In this document: positions 54,005 to 64,000 of the stretch, in pieces
Layout: each line of letters starts with the position of its first letter
How positions within the stretch are numbered: position 1 is the first letter of the stretch
Assembly: GCA_951406725.2 (NCBI GenBank)
Contig: OX597830.1
Location: forward strand, 39,928,001-39,992,000
Reading direction: 5' to 3'
Length of the DNA: 64,000 nt
DNA from: Octopus vulgaris
Taxonomy: Eukaryota
The notes under the pieces: generated by a model
What the model was told of the DNA's origin: nothing
Seen by the model: the letters and a program-made list of their open reading frames with translations, nothing else
Databases searched by the model: none
Made by a program: the position numbers and the translations under genes

Positions 54005-54363
54005 TGTGTGTGCGTGTGTGTGGTTTTCTTTTATTTGTTTCAGTCAACTGCATCCATACTGGAGCACTGCATTTCTTTATAGTCGAACAAATCGACGCCA
54101 GGACTTACTCTTTTGTAAACCTAGCACTAATTCTAAAAGGTCGAGTTTGAAGCCCTTTCATTGGTTCTGATATTTATTGTATAATATATTATGTAGTGTA
54201 TGCAATGATATTGTGTAATAAAACATGATATATTATATTTCAGGTATATAGTATCATAATATCAGGTATAATTTATAGCAGTAGTTCCCGACCTGGGTCC
54301 CGCGGGCCTCCTGGTGGTCCGCGAAGGTAGTACTGGCAATCCGTGAACTAACTTCAAAATTTC

Positions 54364-54441
<78 letters not shown>

Positions 54442-54470
54442 ATGTATGTATGTATGTATGTATGTATGTA

Positions 54471-54704
54471 TGGAGTAAAGATTGTTTGCCAACATAACAT
54501 GGCAGTCCTGCTTTACGACGAATGTTGCTGTAATTTAGCCCCAGGAGATATCGTCTCCTGCTGGCTATACGACACGATCTGTTTTCGAAAACTAAGATCG
54601 TGTCGTATAGCCAGCAGGAGACGATGTCTCCTGGGGCTAAATTACAGCAACCTTCGTCCTAAACCAGGACTGCCATGTTATGATGGCAAACAATCTTTAC
54701 TCCA
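54471..54704. mobile_element. 234-bp near-perfect palindromic MITE
   Basis: Arms pair up to the central gttttcgaaaac; about 5 mismatches and a 2-nt bulge by eye. Confidence 0.93.
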
Positions 54705-54761
54705 AAGTACTTCACTCCCACGTTATGAGATTTAAAAATAGTAATTTTCTAACATATATTC

Positions 54762-54960
54762 TTTTATTCTGTAACTCGTTTCAGTCATTTGACTGCGGCC
54801 GTGCTGGAGCACCGCCTTTAGTCGAGCAAATCGACCCCAGAACTTATTCTTTGTAAGTCTACTACTTATTCTATCGGTGTCTCTTGTCGAACCGCTAAGT
54901 TACGGGGATTAAACACACCAGCATCGGTTGTCAAGTGATGTTGGGGGAGAAACCCACACG
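54762..54960 (-). mobile_element. Family A SINE 3' half
   Basis: Reverse-complement match. Confidence 0.85.
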
Positions 54961-54997
54961 CACACACACAAACAAATACACACACACATACACATAA

Positions 54998-55063
<66 letters not shown>

Positions 55064-55436
55064 ATTTGGGGATTGTCATGTTTCCAGTTTAGCCAATAAA
55101 TACACGCGCACTATATATTTGGTGTTCACTTGCTTCAGCTTTCTTTTATATTAATTATATTTCGGCCAGAGTTCTTTCTTCACACTTCTGTAACCTCTTC
55201 AGTGGTCCTTTGCTTTCTTCCATCTTTTTTTTTTTTTGTGTATCTCTGCTTACTAACGATCTGCTATTTTGTATAACATAATAAAATTTCGTACAGTAAA
55301 CTATAACATGGTATAATGTAGTATTATATATCTAATAAAAGGCAGCGAGCAGGCAGAATCGTTAACACGCTAGAAGAAATGCTTAGCGGTATTTCGTCTG
55401 CCGTTACGTTCTGAGTTCAAATTCCGCCGAGGTCGA

Positions 55437-56791
55437 TGGTAGCCTCCCTGGAAACGGACGAGGTGATTCTTCTGCCTACATACCTTGGAAGGCATGCCTC
55501 CAGAGTAAGGGTGGAAGAGATATCACCTGTGGTACATGTCGCCTGGCTGGTGGCTGCAATACTACTAGATGTAGAATAGAAGATAAAGGCTCTCCAAATA
55601 ATGAGAACGCCACTGAAGAATTGGCAAGGGCAGACACTGGAGATAATCATCCAGGTTGCCCCGCAGGACTTTGAAAGAACAGTCGACACCATAACGGTGG
55701 GCGAGGAGGGGGTATTAAGAGTTATAGTGAAGGACGGGAAGCTCCGATGTTATAAATGTGGCCAGGAAGGCCACATAAGAGCGAAGTGTTCTCCGCCGAC
55801 CACAAAGTCACCAGCAGTACTACAGGCTCGAAGAAAAATCGCACTTCCACCTCCTGCAGCGACAAATAGTACAGAAAGGAGTGTGGAGGAGCCCGGTAAG
55901 GAGGTACAAATGGAGGAAGAGTAAAGAGAAAAATGGAAGACGGTAGCCGGAAAAAGAGAAAAGAGAGAACTCAGGGTATTGAGGTTAACCATCATCCTAT
56001 CCTCACCCCGCCCACTCTGTCCTCCCCCACCTGCAGACACCAACACTCGCCTACCGCACTAGACACTCACAATATAGCAACAAACACACAGGAGCCCCAA
56101 ATTTCCAAATCCCCGCCCTGTTTTTTTTTACAATGAGTCACTCGATGAGTTGTGCGAGGAAATAAACAATCTGGCCAAGTTGATAAGAGTCGATACTGAA
56201 GAGTGTGAGGGAGTGCCCTCGCAAGTTAAATGAGTATTAATGGACAGAAAGAACTCACAAAGATTAAGTGAGGATTACGGGAGAAATATCATTATCTCAC
56301 AAAAAGAAATAGATTCCAGGGGAGTGCAGTCAACGGTAATCTATCAGACTAAAGGCGGCGAGCTGGCAGAAACGTTAGCACGCCAGGCGAAATGCCTAGC
56401 CGCATTTCGTCTGCCGTTACGTTCTGCGTTCAAATTCCGCCGAGGTCGACTTTGCCTTTCATCCTTTCGGGGTCGATTAAATAAGTACCAGTTACGCACT
56501 GGGGTCGATATAATCGACTTAATCCGTTTGTCTGTCCTACTTTGTCCCCTCTGTGTCTAGCCCCTTGTGGGTAGTAAAGAAATAGGTAAGCTATCAGACT
56601 TTAAAAAAAAGTTAACCTGGACATATTAAGTGTCTAATTGCTTTTAAAAAGTTTCAATGTGGGGCCATCATTTCATCCATTCATTTTTTTATACTATCAT
56701 TCTCATTCGTTTAATTTTTCCTTACTTTTGTGTTTTTGTCTATCTTTGTACTGTCCCTTTATGTTTAGCCCCCTGTGGGCAATACAGAAAT
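55437..56791 (+). mobile_element. ORF1-only LINE derivative (CCHC knuckle), interrupted by a family B SINE
   Basis: LRVIVKDGKLRCYKCGQEGHIRAKC; no RT follows; ends in tttagccccctgtgggcaatacagaaat. Confidence 0.75.
56351..56590 (+). mobile_element. Young full-length family B SINE with TSD
   Basis: ctatcagact at 56341-56350 and 56591-56600. Confidence 0.93.
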
Positions 56792-56858
56792 CGTTGCTAC
56801 AATCATCTGATATGGAACTGTCAAAGCGCGATATAAATACATATATGTGTGTGTGTGT

Positions 56859-56900
<42 letters not shown>

Positions 56901-56977
56901 GTGTGTGCGTGTATATACATATATATGTATATATATGTGTGTGTGTGTCTGTGTGTGTGTGCGTGCGTGTGTGTGTG

Positions 56978-57014
<37 letters not shown>

Positions 57015-57995
57015 TATTTATATAAATAAGGATAAGATCGTTAATTTAAATATCGATCTTATCAAGTGGCCAGCAAGGGAATAAAAACTTTCAAAGGTAA
57101 TAATTATTATTAAAATTATAATTTAGGGTATCTAAGAGACACCACCACGCTGGAAATAGCAGCCAAAACTTGTCTCTAAAACCACATTAAATACTCATAC
57201 AGCACCAGGAGAGAAGACAAAAGGACAAAATAAACTAGCAAAAAATTACTGGATAATTCCAGATCCCAGATTTCTGGCTCTGCATAAGAAATGCTTTGCC
57301 TCATCAGTGGAATATACACAGATAGTAACATAAATACACACATATATATACATATAATATACGAATAATTTTATATACATATATATGTATATACGTTTGT
57401 GTGTGTACGTGTGTGTCACAATAGAGACCGATAGAATAAGTACTAAACTTTATAAAGTAAATACTGCAGTCGAACTGTTCGACTAAATTCTTCAATATAG
57501 TGTTACAGCATGGCTGCAATCTAATAACTGAAAAACATAAAAGATAAACGATAAAAGCTATACTATTATATAGTCTACTTAGTATTCATTATGTAATAAT
57601 AAAACAGCATATTAGAGTATCGTGTTGAGCTGTAATATCCGCTTCCCGAAAATATTGGCATCTTTACTAAGAGAAAACAATCTAATCTGTTTTGTGTCGG
57701 TTTACAAATGAAGTAATAATAATACAAGATGGTGTCAAAATGCGCTGCTAGAGCAGAACTGATAGCTGGAAGGGGTTGGCTAGGTCTGATATTTCAGACA
57801 GACAAAGAGAGAAAAACAATCCAAACGCATCGCGATTCAATATGTTGCCTCCAAAGAATTCTTTTAACATGAGAATTATTAGTTGGTTAGTTGACTTGGT
57901 GGTTGGTTGGTTGGTTGGTAAGTTAGTTTTTCTTGTTTGTACCTTTGTGGCAAATAAATAAACATTATTTCTTATTAATATTATAATTTTGTTTG

Positions 57996-60090
57996 AAGGC
58001 GACGAGCTGGCAGTAACGTGAGCACGCCAGCGAAATGCTTAGCGGTATTTCGTCTGCCGTTACGTTCTGAGTTCAAATTCCGCCGAGGTCGAATTTGCCA
58101 TTCACCCTCTCGGGGTCGAGAAATTAAGTACTAGTTACGCACTAGCGTCGATGTAACCGACTTAATCCCTTTATCTGTCCTTGTTTGTCCCCTCTGTGTT
58201 TAGCCCCTTGTGGACAATAAAAATTGTTAGCGCGCTAGACAAAATACCTGGCGGTATTTCGTCCGCCTTTACGTTCGAGGTTCAAATGGCACCGGAGTCG
58301 ACTCTACCTTTCATCATTTTGGGATCGAAGGAATTAGTACCAGTTGAGCACTGGGGTCAATGTAATCGACTTATGCCCTCCTCCAAAATTGCTGGCCTTG
58401 GGCCAAAATTTGAAATCAATATTATAATTTTGGTTAAGGTGGCGAGCTGGAAGAATCTTTACCGCACCGAGAAAAATACTTAGCGGCATTTCGTCCGTCT
58501 TTACGTTCTGAGTTCAAATCCTACCGAGGTTCACCGAGGTCTCTGAAATAAGTACCATCTGAGCACAGGGATCGAAGTAATTGACTTATCCTCTCCCCCG
58601 AATTTGCTGGCTTGATGCCAAATTTTGCTGGCCTTGTGCTAAAATTTGAAACCGATATTATTTATGTTATGTTATTAATTAGTGAAGGAAGGCGGCGAGC
58701 TGGCAGAATCGTTAGCGCACCGGGCGAAATGCTTAGCGGTATTTCGTCTGCGTTACGTTGTGAGTTCAAATTCCGCCGAGGTCGACTTTGCCTTTCATCC
58801 TTTCGGGGTCGATAAATTAAGTACCAGTTACGCACTGGGGTCGATGTAATCGACTTAATACCTATGTCTGTCCTTGTTTGTCCCCTCTGTGTCTAGCCCC
58901 TTGTGGGTAATAAAGAAATAGGTATTTCGTCTGTCGTTACGTTCTGAGTTCAAATTCCGCTGTGCGGTGTGTTCTTGAGCAAGAACATTATTTCACAATT
59001 GCTCCAGTACACCCAGCTGTAAAGTAATAACCCTGCGATGGAACGGCGTCCTGTTTAGGGGGAATGTCTCCATCTCTGTCGCTCATATGCCACAAGCCTG
59101 CTTGTCTAGCTAGCGAGGTAGCATCATTCGAAAGTTACAACACTGCGAGGAAACGCATTGTGACGAGTAGTGTATAACAGAAATCGATACATCGGTCGAC
59201 ATTGTGACGTTATTAATTAAAATGCAAATGATCTTCATTTTAGAAATTAAAAACACGAATATATTAACTGAAAATTAAATAAATAACTCGATAATACTGA
59301 AAACAAAATCTTGTTATTCATTCCATATTGCAGACGTCTGCTGCTTCTAAATTTGCAACGTGATCGGCTTTTTAATCACTGGTTGAAATACAAAACTTAA
59401 AATCACATATAATACTGGTTTCAAATTTTGGCACGGGGCCTGCAGCTTTTGAGAGGAGGGGGAGCAGATTACATCGATGCAAGGCGGCGAGCTGGCAGAA
59501 ACGTTAGCACGCCGGGTGAAATGCTTAGCGATATTTCGTCTGCCGCTACGTTTTGAGTTCAAATTCCGCCGAGGTCGACTTTCATCCTTTTTGGGGCGAT
59601 AAATTAAGTACCAGTTACGTACTAGGGTTGATCTAATCGACTTAATCCGTTTGTCTGTCCTTGTTTGTCCTCCTCTGTGTGTAGCCCCTTGCGGGCAGTA
59701 AAGAAATAAGAAACGTTAGCACGTCGGGCGAAATGCTTAGCGGTATTTTGTCTGCCGCTACGTGCTGAGTTCAAATTCCGCCGAGGTCGACTTTGCCTTT
59801 CATCCCTTCGGGGTCGATTAAATAAGTACCAGTTACGCACTGGGACGGATATAATCGAATTAATCCGTTTGTCTGTCCTTGTTTGTCCTCTCTGTGTTTA
59901 GCCCCTTGTAGGTAGTAAAGAAACAGGTATTTCGTCTGTCTTTACGTTCCGAGTTCAAGTTCCGCCGAGGTCGACTTTTCCTTTCATCCTTTCGTGGTCG
60001 ATATACTATGTACTAGTTGCGTACTGGGTTCGATTTAATCGACTGTCCCCCTCCACCAAAACCTTCGGGCCTTGTGCCTAGAGAAGAAAA
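57996..60090 (+). mobile_element. Dense field of co-oriented family B SINEs (57996-58640, 58689-58960, 59481-60090)
   Basis: At least eight head/body copies read directly. Confidence 0.9.
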
Positions 60091-60892
60091 GAAAAGATTC
60101 TACCACTTCAACTCTCCTTGTAATTAAGATAATTTATTTATCGACCCTGAAGTAATAAAAAGTAAATATAACATCAACAGGATTAGAACTCGCGTTACAG
60201 GGTTCTAGGGACGAATCCTGTCCCAACGACTCTGCTAATTCCCCGATTTACAATACCCTATTCTCAATCAAATCAATAATTTGAATCGCATATAAAAGCG
60301 GCGATGGTTGGGAAGAATCGTCAGAGCTTCGGAAAATGCCTTACAGTATTGATTCCAACTCTTATCGTTCTATCTCTAAATCCTACCGAGTTAACTGCGT
60401 TTAATTCCGCCGATTTTGATTAACTAAAGAAACAGTCGAGAAAGGGTACTGACTAATCACTTCCCGCCAAAATAGTCGGCCTTGTACCTAAATTAATAAC
60501 AATTCAAACTACGTAAACAATTGTGGACTGCTGACGTAATACAAATTCATAAACTTACCAGAGAACGTTGAATAATGATTTTGTCGCGGGTGGAAAACTG
60601 GATCTCGAGAAAAGATTCTGCAACCTAATATCAACATGCTGAGTCCACTCAGCTGGTAGAAACGGATAATCATGTAACGGACCAGCGTCCCGTCCCAGGA
60701 GGAATATATATACGTTAGAGAAACTGAGAGTAATGTGGACGAACTATTATTTATAGCATGTGTGCTTCGATATCCAGTTCCAAGAAAGAATTAATTTGCA
60801 TAAAGTATATTTCATTACGGCACTATTAAATACGTTCTATCGCATCTATTATCATAAAAATATTACTAACAACTTTGTAATCATATTCGGTT

Positions 60893-61316
60893 TAGGAGTG
60901 GCTGCGTGGTAAATAGCTTGCTTACCAACCACTTGGTTCCGGGTTCAATCCCACTGCATGGTATCTTGGGCAAGTGTCTTCTACTATAGTCTCGCGCCAA
61001 CCAAAGCCTTGTGAGTGGATCTGATAGACAGAAACTGAAAGAAGCCCGTCGTATGTGTGTGTGCGTGTATGCGTGTGTATGTGTGTCTGTGTGTGTGTGT
61101 GTGTCTGTGTCTGTGTGTGTTGTCCTCCCACCATCGCTTGACAACCGATGCTGGTGTGTTTACGTCCCCGCAACTTAGCGGTTCGGCAAAAGCGACGGAT
61201 AGAATAACTACTAGGCTTACAAAGAATAAGTCCCGGGGTCGATTTCTTCGACTAAAAGTCGTGCTCCAGCATAGCCACAGTCAAACGACTGAAACAAATA
61301 AAAGAAGAAAAGAATA
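60893..61316 (+). mobile_element. Family A SINE
   Basis: Full-length match. Confidence 0.9.
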
Positions 61317-61654
61317 AGTAACGAACTCACTTTAAAATTTACGCTTAAAAAAATGCATCTACAAACGACAGAAGATTAATTTAATATTTAATTGGGCACA
61401 TAATACCCCTTCGTAGCACTCTTGGATTTAATTCCTTAATTCTCATAAATAACACCACTAATTAATTTCAATGGAAATTAGGTTTATGACGTTTACAGTA
61501 ATTTGATAAAATAATTATGGAAAAATATATAAGGTATATAAGGTATATATAAGGTATATATATGTATGCCTGCATGTATGCATTTAGGCATGTAGGTATG
61601 AATGTAAATATGTATGTATATATGTATGAATGGTTGGGTGGATGCATGCATTTA

Positions 61655-61900
61655 TTATCCAACCATTTCATTCTTGACTTAGTTCTAGGTCTCTTGTTTG
61701 TTGGCATGGTTAGAAGAATCTATCTTGCACTTCTTTCTTGTGGTATTGTAACCATACCTCTGTAGTACCAGAGCTGTGATTTCTCGTTCTGGTGAAATAA
61801 GTGACTGGACCTGGAAAGATTCCCTCTCGAGTAACGTTACTCCAGAGACCCTTCAGAGGAATCATTTCAGTCGATTATATTCGCGATCATACCCTTTTGG
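61655..61900 (-). mobile_element. RTE-like LINE 3' remnant
   Basis: EKSQLWYY...PQERSAR*ILLTMPTNKRPRTKSRMKWLD resembles the RTE C-terminal KRPRGRPxxxW motif. Confidence 0.55.
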
Positions 61901-62234
61901 TCATTACCAAACATCCATGAGAATGTGTGATCACAAGATTGCACATAACAGCAACTGACTAACATCATTTTCCTACGATAAAAGCAACAAAAGCTTCGAG
62001 CTGTCTGGGATCATTGGTTCCACAAGGGAACTCATATTCATAAACAACCCGAATTTTTGATTTGTCCATGGGTTCACAAAAAATTGATTTACCAGAGAAA
62101 TCAAACACCATGGATTGCATTTCGAAAAGTGATGATGTAACTCTTCAAATGTTGTAAAACAGAATTATCATTTAAGTTAACAACTATCAAACTTGGTGCA
62201 TAAGAAAATCGGACATTTCATTCCTAATGACCTG

Positions 62235-62296
<62 letters not shown>

Positions 62297-62309
62297 ACAC
62301 ATACATATA

Positions 62310-63540
62310 CAGGGTGTCCCAAAAGTTACTGATGGGTTTCAATTTTTAACAAATTCTTTAACTTTACAAATATAGGCGTAGGAGTGGCTGTGTAGTAAGT
62401 AGCTTGCTTACCAACCACATGGTTCTGGGTTCAGTCCCACTGCGTGGTACCTTGGGCAAGTGTCTTCTACTATAGCCTTGGGCCGACCAAAGCCTTGTGA
62501 GTGGATTTGGTAGACGGAAACTGAAAGAATCCCGTCGTATATATGTACATATATGTATGTATATATGTATGTGTGTGTATATATTTGTGGGTCTGTGTTT
62601 GTCCCCCCAACATCGCTTGACAACCGATGCTGGCGTGTTACGTCTCCGTAACTTAGCGGCTCGGCAAAAGAGACCGATAGAATAAGTACTAGGCTTACAA
62701 AGAATAAGTCCTGGGGTCGATTTGCTCGACTAAAGGCGGTGCTCCAGCATGGCCACAGTCAAATGACTGAAACAAGTAAAAAAGTAAAGAGTAAAGAGTA
62801 AATAAATGCCTGACATTTTGATACAATATAAAGGACATAATGGAAATTAATGTGCATAAGTCAAATTTTGCAACACCACAACATCACATATGAAAAATGA
62901 CATCGTGTAAATGGCTGCCATTTTAGGCTTCGCACGCCTGTGCTCTTTCCAAAACTTGCACCATAAGAGCATCGAGAGTTTCAGATCCCATTTCTCTGAT
63001 TTCACTATCGATGTTCTCCTTAAGTTGCACCAGGGTCTCCGGTTTGTTGAGGTAAACCCTCTCTTTCAGCTATCCATGATTGAGACTTTTTTGTGCCCGG
63101 TCATTCAAAGTAGACCTCACACATCGTTCCAATAAGATGAAGCAACTGCTCATACCGCAAGAGAAGCAATGCAATTGCTGTGACAGTGCTTGGCAGAGAG
63201 AATAATCTCCCGCTACGGCAATGTTAAATGCCCTTCACGTTCCCCAAACTTGACTAGCCTGGATTTTTTTCATGTGGGGATACCTGAAAGAAAGGGTTTA
63301 CGTCAACAAACCAGAGACCTTGGTACAACTTAAGGAGAATATCAAAAGAGAAATCAGGGAAGTGGGGTCTGAAACTCTTGAGGGTGTTATGGTGCAAGTT
63401 TTGGAAACAGCACGGACGTGCGGAGCCTAAAATGGCAGACATTTGAGCGATGTCATTTTTCATATGTGATGTAGAGGTGTTGCACAATTTGACTTGTGCA
63501 TATTAATTTCCATTGCGTCCTTTATATTGTTTCAAAATTT
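62310..63540. mobile_element. Rearranged Tc1/mariner-type element with inverted duplication of the transposase 3' end
   Basis: TA|cagggtgtcccaaaagtt TIR at 62310; + strand remnants FQ*DEATAHTA, PSRSPNL, WGYLKERVYVNKPETLVQLKENI; 62815-63077 is the reverse complement of 63278-63538. Confidence 0.8.
62374..62803 (+). mobile_element. Family A SINE inserted in the Tc1/mariner element
   Basis: Full-length match. Confidence 0.9.
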
Positions 63541-63555
63541 CATCCTCTATATGTT

Positions 63556-63624
<69 letters not shown>

Positions 63625-63687
63625 GTGTATGTATATAAATGTATATATTTTATATTTATGTGGTATTTATATATATTAAATAGGAAC

Positions 63688-63841
63688 AGGCGTGGTTATG
63701 TGGCTACGAAGCTTGTGTCCAAACGATGTGTTCTTGGGTTCAGTTCCACTATACGGCAACTTGGGCAAGCGTTGTCTACTATAGCTCCACACCGACCAAA
63801 GTCTTATGAGTGGATCTGGAAGACAGAAACTGTAAGAAAAA

Positions 63842-63845
<4 letters not shown>
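63688..63845 (+). mobile_element. Family A SINE 5' half
   Basis: Diverged head and CORE-like block. Confidence 0.75.
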
Positions 63846-63878
<33 letters not shown>

Positions 63879-64000
63879 CATGTATGTATGTATGCATGTT
63901 TGTATGTATATATATGTATGTATGTACGTATGTATTTATACATATGTATATACATATACACATGCACATATAAATACACATATGTATATATATATATACA

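Noticed and set aside
57996-60090. CRISPR-like repeat array
   Set aside because: Units are 100-240 bp SINE copies without unique fixed-length spacers; eukaryotic context and no cas genes.

Overview
AT-rich, microsatellite-saturated metazoan DNA. The SINE families, the repeat landscape and the channel gene are most consistent with an octopus/coleoid cephalopod genome (inference). One clear protein-coding gene is present: a minus-strand small-conductance Ca2+-activated K+ (SK/KCNN-family) channel whose entire 466-aa CDS (49580-50980) lies in a single exon and whose calmodulin-binding helix is divergent. The rest is mostly mobile DNA: at least four tRNA-derived SINE families, several decayed Tc1/mariner elements, a non-autonomous Helitron, MITEs and foldbacks, and Tx1/L1-like, R4/Dong-like, RTE-like and Penelope-like retroelement fragments. 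The most unusual signals are (i) a tRNA-promoter head fused to a hammerhead-ribozyme motif beside a Penelope RT fragment, plus several other hammerhead-like motifs; (ii) a SINE, an ORF1-only element and a Tx1-like LINE sharing one 3' tail, with the SINE repeatedly nested into itself at identical junctions; (iii) retroelements apparently targeted to (GATA)n and (TAA)n; and (iv) long dsRNA-forming structures upstream of the SK exon. All coordinates and alignments were read by eye.
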